The position numbers and the translations under genes were made by a program. A model generated the notes under the pieces. The model had not been told where the DNA came from and did not search any database. It saw only the letters and a list, made by a program, of their open reading frames with translations. Positions 34,591 to 47,524 of a DNA stretch of 64,000 nucleotides are shown in pieces. Position 1 is the first letter of the stretch; each line of letters opens with the position of its first letter. The stretch covers positions 24,800,001 through 24,864,000 of the forward strand of contig NC_135667.1 of assembly GCF_964188315.1 (NCBI RefSeq), given 5' to 3'. The stretch comes from Podarcis muralis (lineage: Eukaryota).

Positions 34591-35544
34591 ATGATGAACC
34601 AGTCAAGTGTAAGTGGATTCCTTCTAAATGGATTCCCTGATATTCAGGAGGTGCAGGTATTTCACATCAGCCTTTTTGTCATAATATATTTGGTGGCCCT
34701 CACAGAAAACCTTATCATCATCACAGTCATCTTCTACAGCCATCAGCTTCATACACCCATGTACTTCTTTCTGGCCAACCTGTCATTGCAAGACATTAGC
34801 TCCATATCAGTTACAGTTCCCAAGTCCATTGCAAATTCCTTGATGAAGACCCAAACCATCTCTTACTCTGGATGTATCTGCCAAATATTCTTCCTTGTTT
34901 TCTTCATGATGTCCCATTACGTCTTCCTTGGTGTCATGGCATATGATCGCTATGTTGCCATTTGCAATCCACTGCATTATGAGACTGTCATGAACAAGAA
35001 AGCTTGCATTCAGATGGCAACCAGTGCATGGATTGGTGGACTTTTCTATACAACAATGTACACCGGAACAACATTCAGAGTTGAGTTCTGTTCTAATGTC
35101 ATCAATCAGTTTTTCTGTGAAATCCCACAACTGCTGAAGAACTCTTGCTCTGACTCGGATATCACTGCGATTTGGGTTCTGACTTTTGGAGCTTGTTTAG
35201 CCTTCATCTACTTTGCTCTTATTGCTTTTTCTTATGTTCAGATCTTCAGAGCAGTCCTGAAAATCCCATCCAGACACGGGAAGCAAAAAGTCTTCTCAAC
35301 TTGTTTGCCTCATCTTATTGTTATCACCCTGTTTTTGGTAAGTGGCACCTTTGTCTATTTAAGACCAACTTCCAGGTCTCCATCGACATTTGACCTCGTG
35401 GTTTCTATGTTCTACTGCATGGTGCCACCAGTAATGAATCCAATCATCTATAGCATAAGAAACAAGGAGCTTAAAATGGCATTCTGGAAGTTGCTGGTAA
35501 ACATTTCCCCCCAATTCTTACACAAAAACCATTCTCCATTTTAG
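34591..35544 (+). CDS. OR6: olfactory receptor, family-14-like, 317 aa, intact
   Basis: All OR motifs present; close paralog of OR5. Confidence 0.97.
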   Translation: MMNQSSVSGFLLNGFPDIQEVQVFHISLFVIIYLVALTENLIIITVIFYSHQLHTPMYFFLANLSLQDISSISVTVPKSIANSLMKTQTISYSGCICQIFFLVFFMMSHYVFLGVMAYDRYVAICNPLHYETVMNKKACIQMATSAWIGGLFYTTMYTGTTFRVEFCSNVINQFFCEIPQLLKNSCSDSDITAIWVLTFGACLAFIYFALIAFSYVQIFRAVLKIPSRHGKQKVFSTCLPHLIVITLFLVSGTFVYLRPTSRSPSTFDLVVSMFYCMVPPVMNPIIYSIRNKELKMAFWKLLVNISPQFLHKNHSPF

Positions 35545-38500
35545 GAAACGGTTTCAGTTGCCTAGATGGTGTGCATAAGTTTTGTTCAATCCTATGTTTG
35601 CTTACTTAGAAGTGGATATCACTACATTGAATAGGAATTCTAGTCTCAGGAAAGTGTACATTGGATTGTAGCCTCATATCACACATTTACCTCATCTTTA
35701 GACCAGGGGTGAGTATCTGTGACTTTCTGGGTGCTGTTGGACTGCAACATCCATTCTCCCTATCTCCTAGCCATACATGCTAGAGCAGATGGTAATTGGG
35801 TTACTGGAGACTATTGGAGATTATTGTGTATAGAACTGCCATTTCCCACTGAAACCTAGAGGACCTAAAACTTAACACTGATATTTGTACTGAATGCCCA
35901 ATATGAACATGTAAAAATCCTTTACATTAAACTCTATGAAAGTTTATATTCATTAATATTTGAGTTAATTTTGACTTCTTGCAGTGGAGATACAGGCTAA
36001 TAAAAACATAATTGCATTCAACTGACCTTACCTATATACCTGTCCTTCATTTGTGTCTAGATGCTATAAACCTGCGTACATGAGACAGGTAGGGAGGAAG
36101 ATGGCTTTGATGTGGCTGCTATTTCCCATTTGTTATGATTCCACATCCCAGCACTGTTCGTACCAGGAAGTCTATATTTGTAAGAACTGTGAGTTGAGTC
36201 ATAGTTAGAAGAAAGTGGAGAATGGAGAGAAAAGGGCCATCGGGGAAGAACATGTGCTTTCTAGTGTGCCTTGATCTCAGCATTTTGTATCTGACTTCTT
36301 TTAGTAATGTTTTCTTTTGAAATGCTTAAGTTATTGTTTACTAGGCTATGGATTTTGGTGTTTTTATGATCACTGTTCTGTGATCCTTAGATCAAGGGCG
36401 GTATAGAAATTTCATAAATAAAAAAAGATTTTTTTCTTTTGAAATGCTTAAGTTAATGTTTACCAAGAACTATGGATATGTTTCTATGTGCTGATGAAAT
36501 TTCTCTCTCTGGGGAAGGACCTGTGAGGGTCAGTAGATGCTGGGAGGGTTGGGATTGATGCTGTTTTAAAGTTTTGAATACACTATCATTTTGTTCTGAA
36601 TATTTTTGTGTCTGTTCTGAAACTCAATAAAGAAATATATATTTAAAAAATCCACTTCAGTGTTCAGGCCTTTGGGAAAGGCTGAGATACCCTTCTTTCA
36701 ATTAACAATGTCGTTATGACATCACATGATTAGAGGTGGTTTGTTCTGCTTGTCTTTTAAAATTAATAGCACAAGAGGCATTGTGAGATTTCAAAAGGCT
36801 TTCTTTGAATGGACACACTTTTCCCTATGTGGCTAGCAGGGGTTAAATTCTGCTCAGTTTATGTGTGCAGGCTTGGTCTCAGCAGGAAAGAAGCAAGCAC
36901 AAAGAAAGCCTTGGAAAAGAGGTTCTCCCCCCCCCCCCACACACAATGTGAGGTAAATGCTACCTAACTGAACACAATTTAGCTTCCATTGCCCCAGGTG
37001 CCATGGGGGCAGCATGGGAGGCAGGCAGGGGTCTTGTCTGGGCGAAGTGAGCTGGGCCACCCGCATCACAGCAGCAGATAAGCGTGCTCGCTCAGCTGCA
37101 GTCTCGCCATCCTTGCTTGGGGAGGAAGGAGAGAGCGTGACTGGGAGGGGATCACACAGGGAAATGAAACACAGTTTGTATGAAGAAGTGCAGAGGTGGT
37201 GAGGGCAGCGGAAGGAGGCAGACTCTGGGCAAGGCAGTGGAGAAGCAGATGAAGGAGGGAGGGGGCAGCAGTTGCAGCATGTAGCCTTGAGCGCGGGGAT
37301 CTTTCAAGGTCGAGTGGACGGGGGAAGTGGTGGTAGAGTCACGTTTATTATGTGCAGAGCTTGGGATGCAAAGCACACCCCATACAGTCAAGGAGGTGGT
37401 GTGTCATGGAGCCAGCGGAGAGAGCTCTGGACTGCGGGAAAGCATCGGGATCCTTCCCACCTCTGACGGGCAATGGGGGCGCGCAGGCACCATCTCGCTT
37501 ACCTCCCCACTCCCCCCTAACTGGACTCTCCCCGGACTCTCCGCCTGGCACCCTCCACTGCTTGGCGCCCTGGCTCGCCGTGCCACTACACCCAATGGTA
37601 AAGACATCCCTGGTGACTGGGATGTACAGGTGTTGAGCCTGTTGTAAGCCATCTTGGAAATCATTCAATTGACAGAATTTCAAAGTAAATAAATACATAT
37701 ATGTGATAAACAGACCATGTGGACTGTCATGCAAAAGCATGAATGGTGCAACTGAACTGGAGGAATCCAAGAAGACCTTGTGACACAGGGGGATTTTGAA
37801 TCTGCATATTTGAATTTACCTGGAAGTTGTAACTATGGTTTTCAGGTAGCTCTCAGGGCAGGCCCAAGGCATTTTGCTGTCTGTAGCAAACAATACAACC
37901 ATGGGTCCCTCCACCATGCAACCTGATGAGGACATTGAACAGTCACCAGATGATATATGACTAAGCATGTCTTGGTCTCTGAGAAAAGATGATCACATAA
38001 CTGATTCCTAGAAAGGGCTGGTCTAGAAAGTGCTTTTTCTTCTTTTTCTTTTTTTAAAAAAACTTTGCACATGAGGGAGAAGAGGCCTTAGGGCTATTGC
38101 AGTCTCTGCAAAAGGGCCATTCTTTCTATGACGAATTATACACTCACCCACTGAGAAGTGATGAGATTGTGGATGCAGCAAAAGGGGCATGGGTGGTTTG
38201 ATTGAATTCATAAAAATCCACAGCTTCTTTACAAACAGAAGCAGCATCACAGACCACAAGGTTCAAAGATAGGGATTGAAAAAAGGCTTCAGGATTTAAC
38301 TCCCATACCCATGTCTGTATTCCAATATTCTTCCCTCCTTGCAGAAACAAATGAAGAGGAGTGGATGTTGTATAACAGGGATGAGGAAACTTTTTCAGCC
38401 TGAGGGCTTCACTCCCTTCTGGGCAAGTTTCCCAGAGCCACTAGTGAATGGTGTACCTCACCTGTGGCAAAAGAGGCCAGAGTTTAAAAAATGTGAGCTT

Positions 38501-39403
38501 TAGCTTTCCACAACAGGCTAGTTTCTACATGCGCTTGTAGCATGTAGCATATCTTCTTTATTATCCATTTGGGCAAGCCAAAAGCACTGATTTCAAGAAC
38601 ATATTCCAGCCAAATAAAAAAATTAAAGGAGCATGCAAAGAAGGGCTGGTGTGGGATTGTGACCATTGTCGGGAATATGGCCTGAGAGAGTCCTGAGGGG
38701 TTGATAAATTTGACCCCCGGCCTGAAGATCTCCACACCTGTCATATAATTTCTGCATCTGAATATCAGAAAGTATGCTTGATAAACAACAGACATTGTAA
38801 GATATCTGTGGAAAATTCAACCAAACAAATGAAGTTGAATGCTCATCGATAATATGGGAGCAGCCCATGCATCATCGAATCATGCCCAGGACTGAATCGT
38901 AAGTTGCTTGATGTGAATGCCAGAAAGTAAAATTGTTAACAATTCTTCTACTCCTTGTGATTGAGGTTTCTTTCAGCCTGCACATTTATATCTAGGGCAA
39001 TGTTCTTCCTGTTGCATTTGTAAAAGAGAAAGGTCTGAAATAGTGTAAATTAATGGTGTATTTTCATGCCTTTTCTGAGCGGTTTTCAGTTTTCAGTGCT
39101 GTTTGCCCTGGGGAGACTTGCTCTTTACCACTGAATCAGTGGTAATCCAAGGAAAATTTGATTGATTACTCCCATGTAATGAGATTTTTTAATTAAAGTA
39201 TTTCATAATACAAAAAAATGGTTACAAAAATGCAAATATAACAAGTAGAATGTGGAGTCTTCTCTTAGAAGTCATTCTGTGCTATATTAAAACGATGGAC
39301 ACAGTTCTAATGCAACAAGTTGGTCTACAACCCTCACTATGGAGCATAAGGCAATCTACATTGTTCTGTGGATGCTAGCTTTAAATCATACACAACATGT
39401 AAG

Positions 39404-40180
39404 TGTTGCATGGCAAGTTCCCTCCTCCCCCGGTGGAAATAAAGACAGAAGACACCATGATTTAAGTTAATGGGTGAAATAGGCCACAACCTTATTGATT
39501 ACAGGAATGAGCGGTATTGGCTTAGGCATTGGCCCTATTGACTATCCAGCTTCAGCCCGATTGCATGAAGACCGGAAAGGGTTAACCACCAAAGAGGGAG
39601 TCCTGCTGAGGCACGTCAACTAGGAGCTCCCTCGGGGTCACCACTAGGGGGCGTGCCTTAGGCCTACACGTCCATAGGCTTCGGACAGGGCAACGCCCCC
39701 CGGAATCCTTTATCGGACTACCCTTCTATGTGGGGGAGGCGATGGCACTTCCTCCCCCCCTCTCATTTGAATAACAATGCCCCTTACCAATGCCTAACTG
39801 CCAATGCCGCAGAGCTGTGACGAGTTGCTATGAGGTAGGTGAAGAAACCAAATGGCTGGAGCCAATTTGCCAAGTGGAAAAATTCCTACCAGTCCCCATG
39901 ATGGCGACCAACCATCAAGTCCATAGCAATGTCAAAGAGCCTGCCTAAAGGGTGGGAGGGATGGGAAACCACAACAGCTGGAGAGGTGAAAAGTGGACAA
40001 GCCTCGGTCGCCTTAAATAGGGTGGGCCACGCCTCCCAAACAAGCCAATTGGCTGGCAGGGGAGATGACATGGCCAAGGATTCCCCTCAGTCTCGCGGGG
40101 GCTGTAACCCAGCCCCTGCGCACGTGGGGGTGGGCGTGAAGCCCGCAACCCCACCTCCTCTCCAGCTCGGAAGTGGCTTT
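39404..40180 (-). mobile_element. LTR-like insertion of about 775 bp in the OR7 upstream region
   Basis: Absent at the paralogous site near 33980-33995; left end TGTTGC; similar to 8835-9600. Confidence 0.75.
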
Positions 40181-40782
40181 GTGGAATTCATTTGCCATTA
40201 TTGATCTGTTATTACTTGCTTTTATTTAGAACTTTTTGGCAGGGGGTAGGCAACAAAGAAAACCAATTTCATGAGCAAAAGAGGATTTTACAGCATAATC
40301 CTATACATGTATTCTTAGAACTAAGTCACACTGGGTTCCATATGACTTCATCCTACATAGTTGTGTAAAGGATTGCAGTCCTAGATGTGTTAATTTAAAT
40401 AGCAACAGCCAACAGCCCACAACCCACACAGGGTTATGCCATGGAGAAAACTGCTTTAGGAACATTTTTTAAAAAGAAACTCCCCACTCTGGTGCAAGCC
40501 CCTTACATACGCCAAAGCAGAACTTTGGATCGCAGTCATTATAGCTGCATCTCAACCCTCAAATACACATTCGATCCACATCTGCTGAGCTGTATGTAGG
40601 ACGCTCATGAGAATTAAACCTCCTGGGTATAATTAAAAGTGAGACGTCGTTAAAGCTCATTGCTATACATTCCACCCTTTACCACATTCAGTACAAAGAG
40701 AAAGATTTCCTGATACAACTGAAAGAGAAAGAAGTAGTGTGGTAGCTTCCTTTCCCTAGGCACCAAAGTCTGAGACACAACG

Positions 40783-41733
40783 ATGAACCAGTCAAGAGTA
40801 AGTGCATTCCTTCTACACGGATTCCCTGATATTTGGGAGGTGCAGGTATTTCACATCAACCTTTTTGTCATAATATATTTGGTGGCCCTCACAGAAAATA
40901 TTATGATCATCACAGTCATCTTCTACAGTCATCAGCTTCATACACCCATGTACTTCTTTCTGGCCAACCTGTCATTGCAAGACATTGGCTCCATATCAGT
41001 TACAGTTCCCAAGTCCATTTCAAATTCCTTGATGAAGACCCAAACCATCTCTTACTCTGGATGTGTCTGTCAAGTATTCTTCCTTGTTTTCTTCATGTTG
41101 TCTCATTATCTCCTCCTTGTTGTTATGGCATATGATCGCTATGTTGCCATCTGCAATCCACTGCATTATGAGACTATCATGAACAAGAAAGCTTGCATTC
41201 AGATGGCAACCAGTGCATGGATTGGTGGACTTTTCTATGCAACAATGTACACCGGAACAACATTCAGAGTTGAGTTCTGTTCTAATGTCATCAGTCAGTT
41301 TTTCTGTGAAATCCCACAGCTACTGAAGATCTCTTGCTCTGACTCGGATATCACTGTGATTTGGGTTCTGACTTTTGGAGCTTGTTTAGCTTTCATCTCC
41401 TTTGCTCTTATTGCTTTTTCTTATGTTCAGATCTTCAGAGCAGTCCTGAAAATCCCATCCAGTCACGGGAAGCAAAAAGTCTTCTCAACTTGTTTACCTC
41501 ATCTTATTGTTATCTCCCTGTTCTTGGTAAGTGGTAACTTTGTCTATTTCAGACCAACCTCCAGCTCCCCATCAGCATTTGACCTCTTGGTTTCTTCATT
41601 CTATTGCATGGTGCCACCAGTAATGAACCCACTCATTTATAGCATAAGAAACAAGGAACTCAAAATGGCATTCTGGACGTTTCTGACCAATATTTCCCAC
41701 CAATTCTTAGACAAAAAGCATTCTCCAATTTAG
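40783..41733 (+). CDS. OR7: olfactory receptor, family-14-like, 316 aa, intact
   Basis: All OR motifs present; ACG stands where OR5 and OR6 have an extra upstream ATG. Confidence 0.97.
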   Translation: MNQSRVSAFLLHGFPDIWEVQVFHINLFVIIYLVALTENIMIITVIFYSHQLHTPMYFFLANLSLQDIGSISVTVPKSISNSLMKTQTISYSGCVCQVFFLVFFMLSHYLLLVVMAYDRYVAICNPLHYETIMNKKACIQMATSAWIGGLFYATMYTGTTFRVEFCSNVISQFFCEIPQLLKISCSDSDITVIWVLTFGACLAFISFALIAFSYVQIFRAVLKIPSSHGKQKVFSTCLPHLIVISLFLVSGNFVYFRPTSSSPSAFDLLVSSFYCMVPPVMNPLIYSIRNKELKMAFWTFLTNISHQFLDKKHSPI

Positions 41734-43225
41734 GTAACTGTTTCAATTGTCTAGATGGCTTGCATAAGTTTTGTCCCGTCCTATGTTGTTGTTGTTTTTA
41801 CTCAGAAGTGGACATCACTGCATTGAATGGGAATTAATATCAGAAAAGTGTACCTTGGATTGTAGGGTTACATTGCATGTTTACTTCATCTAAATAGATC
41901 TTTAGTCCAGGGGTGAATATCTGTGCCTTTCTGCAACATCCATCTCCCTATGTCCTAGCCACACATGCTGGAGCTGATAGTAATTAGGGTGTTGAAGATT
42001 CTTCAAGGTTGTTTTGTATAGCACTGCAATTTCCTATTGAAACCTGGAGGACCTAAAACCTATGTGACACTGATGATCGTACTGAATTCCCTAGTAAGAA
42101 CATGTGAAAACCTTCCACCTTAATCGCCACCAAAGCTTCTATTTATTAATATTTGAATTAATTTTTACTTCTTGGAGATTATAAAAAACATAGTTATAAA
42201 AACATAGTTTTATTCAACTGACCTTACCTATATACCTATTTCTTGCAGGTACCATAGATTTTCACTTGTTTTTAATCAATCATTTGTGTCTAGATGCTAT
42301 AAACTTGCATATATGACAGGTAAGGTGGAAGATGGCTTTGATGCAGCCACAACTTCCCCTTTATAAAGGAATGGGAGCATGTGACTGGATGACACCTGCC
42401 ACAGTCTAAGTAAATCAAGAGATAGTGCAACCTGCAGTAATACCCCTAATGAAGATGGGAGGATTTTTTACTGGGATCCTTTAGATCCTCAATTGTGGGG
42501 GGCAAACGCAGCTCTTCAGGCCTCTCTACTTGCCTTTTGAGACTGTCCATGGGCCACACATCCTCACCAACCAAATCCCTTCTCCAACCCTGTTTCACAC
42601 CCTTTTTGAGTGTTTTCCCTGGCTGGAATGTGCCCTTGAGCTCTGATAATGTCTTTTTTGTATGGATGGGGGTATACAGAGCGGTGTGAGAGTGTGTAGA
42701 AACTAGCCTACTTTACAGGGGTAAAATTCACATTCACTGCCATATCCAGTTTTGTCTCTGGCCCCATCCAGCAGTGGCATGTGGCCCTTGAAGTTTGCCA
42801 TTGATTTAATGTGGTGCTTGGCTGAAAAATGTTCCTCATCCCTGCTTTAGGCCCAAGCATCCTCATGTACTGGATGTGACAGATTCTTTTTTTCTCTCCC
42901 CCATTTGCCATATTGCTCCCAGTCTATCAGAATTTAGTTGGGAAGTGGAGTTGCACTGAAAATCCTCACCACTTACATCACATGTGCTGGATTGCCCCTC
43001 CTGTCAGCCACATGTAAATATGAATATTGTAGGAAGGAAACCTTCATATCTACAGCTCCCTCTCAGCTGAAGCTTACAAGTGGATATAAGGGACGAAAGT
43101 TAGTTGATATGTGCAATGTTTGGGGCTGGCTTAAGTGGAACCCCACATCCATATTTACAGACCGTTTGAGTGTTCTGTCTGTATAGGACTCAGGTATGAC
43201 AAGCCAACAGACCCTCACGCAGCAT

Positions 43226-43271
43226 GCTGAACTTTAGATAGCTGAACTTTAGATATGCTGAACTTTAAATA
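43226..43271. repeat. Short minisatellite, about 15 bp x3 (GCTGAACTTTAGATA)
   Basis: Direct reading. Confidence 0.85.
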
Positions 43272-43951
43272 GCAAGGGGAGAATAAGAATAAACATCTCA
43301 GCTGTTTATTTATGTGCATATTTATATATTGCTATTCATTCAAAATAACAGAGTGGTTCACAAAAATATGCATAAAAACCATACAATAAAAACCACATAG
43401 ATATGTTAAAATCAGAAGTCAGCTATTATGGAATGATATATCCTTCATTGCCAGCATTAACCTGATGGAACAGAAAAGTTTCCAGCAGAAATTTAAAAGC
43501 TGAAACACAATGTGTCCACTGTATCTATATTGGCACTGTCTTCCATTAAAGGCTCAGTTTCTTGTTGAAAGGAGCACTTCAGCAATCTCTTGAAGAAAGA
43601 TTATGACAATATTTTGTTTTCTTGCTAATTATGCTGTTTGAAATGTGCAGTTTATATTTGATTCCTTTTAATAATGTTTTCTTTTGAAATGTTTAAGATA
43701 ATGTTTACTATGCTATGTTTAATGGTCATTGTATTTGTTCAAAAACAAAAAGTTGTAAAAAAAGAAGCATTGCCTTTTAAATTCAGGGTCCTTTCACTGT
43801 GCAACCCCACCCCAGCACCTAGCATTGGAAAAGAGGTTCTTTTTTCTGCTCCCACTGTGATGTAAATGTAGCTGAACTGAACAAATTTAACTTCCACTGA
43901 TGAGAACAAAAGGAAGGTCTGGTGACTGGGTTCAGCCTTTTGTAGGCCAGA

Positions 43952-44444
43952 TGTCAGGGACTGGGCAGAGGAGGAATGGTGGAGACTGCCTCCCCAGCCT
44001 GTCCCTTCTAGAGAAGAAGGAGACAGATCAGAATTACAAAAGGGGTTTGAGGGAAGTTATAGCTCAGAGGCAGATGAGGGGGAAAGTTGGGAAATAATGG
44101 GAAAGGAGGAGGAGGAAGAGACTATGGGAGAGACAGCTGATGGACTCAGTGTCTTTAGAAAGCATTCCAGACCCATGCCCTACCAGAACACAGCAGACCT
44201 TGAAAGTAGGAGAGCAAAGAGCTCAAAGGCAAAAGGCACTTTCCAGCACCCGTAGCGATGACTTATGAGGAAATGGGAGAGACAGAGGGGATGGGGTTTC
44301 ACTCGGAGCAATACCATTACTCCAAGAGGCTGCATTTCTAAGCCTCTCTCTGTGAATATTGAATAAAAGCATTGGTAGAACTTTCCTTGTCTTATCCATT
44401 CCTGGCAACCTGCTGTGGGGGGTTGGATCCTCTGATGCCTGACA
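43952..44444 (+). mobile_element. Solo LTR (493 bp), probably Gypsy
   Basis: TGTCA...TGACA termini; AATAAA at 44362; diverged 5-bp TSD CCAGA / CCACC versus a single CCATC at the paralogous empty sites (about 32267 and about 37649). Confidence 0.85.
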
Positions 44445-44629
44445 CCACCTTGGGAATCATTCAACTGATAGAACTTTGAAGTAAATTAATGTAATCAACA
44501 GGTCATGTGATCTGACATGCAAAAGTGTGAATGGAGCAGCTGAGGTGGTGGAATGCAAGAAAACTTTGTGACACAGGGTGAATTTGAATCTGCCAATCTA
44601 AATTTATCTGGAAGTTGTAACTACCAATA

Positions 44630-45013
44630 GTAAAGGTAGGTAAAGATAAAGGACCACTGGACAGTTAAGTCCAGTCGAATTCTACTATGGGGCTTATGGG
44701 GCTCATCTACACTTTCAGGTCAAGGGAGCTGGCATTTGTCTGTAGACAGCTTTTCTGGGACAGCTTTTCATGTGGCCACCATGACTAAAACACCATAATG
44801 AGTGCCAGATCACACAAAAATGTCTTTTACCTTCCTGCCACAGTGGTATCTATTTATCTAATCGCGCTGGTATGCTTTCAAACTGCTAGGTTGGCAGGAG
44901 CTGTGACAAAGCACTGGGTTCGCATGGTCCGTCGCATGGATTCAAACTGCCGACCTTATGATCAGCAAGCCCAAAAGACTCAGTGATTTAGACCACAGTG
45001 CCACCCGCATCCC
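44630..45013 (-). mobile_element. Sauria SINE, near full length, diverged
   Basis: Tail TAAAGGTAGGTAAAG at the left end; tRNA-like head ending ...GACCACAGTGCCACCCGCATCCC at the right end. Confidence 0.9.
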
Positions 45014-47524
45014 AAATATCAATGATTGGTTACAGGTAGTTCCCAGGGATGGCCCAAGACATTTTGCTGCCTGGGGTGAGCCTAAACCTGTGGGTCCCAA
45101 GTAACCAGATGAGGACACTGACCAATCGCCAGGTGATAAATGACTAAGCAAGTCTTGATCTCTGAGAAAAGATTATCAAAAGGATTGATTGCTAAAAAGA
45201 GTTGATGAACAGTGATGGAGAAAGTGTAGAAAAGAAGAGACAAAGTATACATATTCTTGGAAGCAGAGGGTTTAGATTCCCAATGTGCCTTGCTGTTCTG
45301 GCTGGTAGAAGAAGCCATAATATACTTCCATTTGGTTCAACGTTCCAGCCCTCGATATGCTGATACAAAGCTTGCTCTCTACTTTAATTAAAAGCACATC
45401 CTGCAGTCTTTGCATGCCTTACTTTATGCCTTGCCATGCAAAGATATACATAAATAAAGAGATTACTAAACCAACAATACTTACAGAGCTAAATTCAGCG
45501 CAGTCTTTAGCATATGTGCAGCCAGGGCGCGAGGACCTGCCCAGAGCCCCCAAATTTAGTTTAGCCACCAAATTAACTTTTATTATGCTTATGTCAGACA
45601 CAATGTTTATGCCTTATCTCTTGTTTACGAAAGAAGGGAGGACAAATAAACAAACTTTTTTATTTGCTTATTTATTTACAACACATTTATTATACTTAAG
45701 TGTACAACACCACCACACTTAAACTTGTAAGTATTGTTTAGGCACCTACTTAGGAGAAACATCAGTCGTGTCAAAGGTGCTGCTGACCCCGCTGCCACTT
45801 AGCAGCACATATCAATGCAATATATAACATAATATTTTGATGTAAGAGTTAATTTTGTGTGCATGGTGCTGTTGAGAATGACAAGGGCTGCCATTGTGAA
45901 TGACAAGCACTGTCATTGAGTCAAGTGCCACCATTGTGAATGACAAGGGCCACTGCTGGCATGGCACGTCTTTGGTAAATGAGCACACAAAGTCGAAAGT
46001 CCTTTAGTGAAACAGTAGGTATACATTTCGGTAATACCTAGGTATATATGTATTTTGTTTTTCTAACTTGATCAAAATTATTTATTATTTCATAACATGT
46101 AGATAGTTAAGAGCTTAGGTGGCTTCAGTGGCGGGCACCTAGCACCCCCCTGAATTTGGCGCCCAGGTGTCCCGCACCCCTTGCACCCCTGGGTAAAGAC
46201 GGCCCTGGCTAAATGGAATAAGACTTTGAGGCTTTTGGATTAAGGCTGGTTGCTTGTCTGAGCTGTTTGGAGGCTTGATTTGGAGAGTTAGATTGTGAAT
46301 GTAGCTGTGTGCTCTGCTAGAGCACATGGTCTGAGGGAGAGGGGCTACTGCTGAGAGGAAGCCAGGCTGAATAAGGAAGTGAGTTGGAGGAGTTCTATTT
46401 AGCTGCTTACAGTTTATGGGAACTCATGAACAGGACTTGCAAACAGGGCAACCCATTGCACATAGTGCTGCTCTGTTTCCATAACATCAACATCTTTGGC
46501 ACATCCACAATAATCTCCCCAAAAGTCCTCAAAGGAGGTAGGCTTCCCTTAATAGGTGGATGAATCCCGATGCTGACTGATCCCTACCACATAGTGAATG
46601 GACTAGACCCCAATGAGACCTGAAGCCCATCTGGCCTGGTCTCCTTGGCAACGCTTCCCCCAGGTGGGATTGGACAACTGGCTGAGGTAGGCGGAGACCT
46701 CCAGGTATCCCACCTGAGGGAAGGCAAAGCCAAGCCTATGCTGTTGGAGCCGCTACAGATCTAGGGGCTGCACGCGTCCACGCAAAGGGCGCCCCCCGTT
46801 TTAAGTGGGGAGCGGTCACTGGAATAAGATGGCCTCAAGTAAGCCTAGTTCATTTGAGGGCCTTATTCAGCTCAAAAATACATTCAGGGGCCTGTCAGAT
46901 ATAAAGCCTATTGGGTTGAGTAAGCAATAATACCCTCCTAAGGCTCAACAGTATTCATGAATGAATGGGCCCAGTTTACTCAATTGTCCAGGAGGGCTAA
47001 CTCTTAAGTCACACTGTGCCACAGGCTAGGTGAATCCAGTTCTGTCACCATGCCCAAAATACAGACTGGTCCTTGATCTTGTCCCCCCTCCCCCGCAACT
47101 AGGAATACCACCCACAAACCACAAACCCTACCAAAGACCTTTCCTACTCCTCAGCTCCATTCAAGGGTGGGGCTGTCAACATTCAATCATATAAACAGAG
47201 TCATCATCAAAACAATGCTTTCAAGTTAAATAACAGCCATTGAATCACAGTCATTATGAGCACATGACTCCCAAAATGTGTCTGACTTAGTGCGGCTGAG
47301 CTGCACTCAACTCCTGAGAACTGAACCTTCTGGGTACAATTAAAAATGAGATATCAATAAAGTTCATTAGTACAATTTTTATTTCCATCACCACTGCCAG
47401 AAAGGGAAGGATATTTTGTCCAAAGAGAACCACTCCATTTCACAAATAGATACAATCAAATGAAAAAAGAAGTCGTGTGGCATCTTTCTTTGCACAGGTA
47501 ACAAATAGAACTCTGAACAATACA

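Larger units (their letters stand above)
27790..45180 (+). repeat. Tandem segmental duplication units of about 6.2 kb carrying OR5, OR6 and OR7 (more distant homology extends to OR8 and OR9)
   Basis: ATG spacings of 6218 and 6192 bp; collinear 3' flanks and spacers (for example 29326-34590 versus 35544-40782). Confidence 0.93.

Noticed and set aside
42380-42760. Shared frame KTLKKGVKQGW (also at 49355-49639) resembling an RT GVKQG motif
   Set aside because: No flanking RT motifs; the similarity reflects paralogous 3' flanks of OR7 and OR8.
46210-47050. Possible LTR or unclassified insertion upstream of OR8
   Set aside because: Ends, TSD and family could not be defined by eye.
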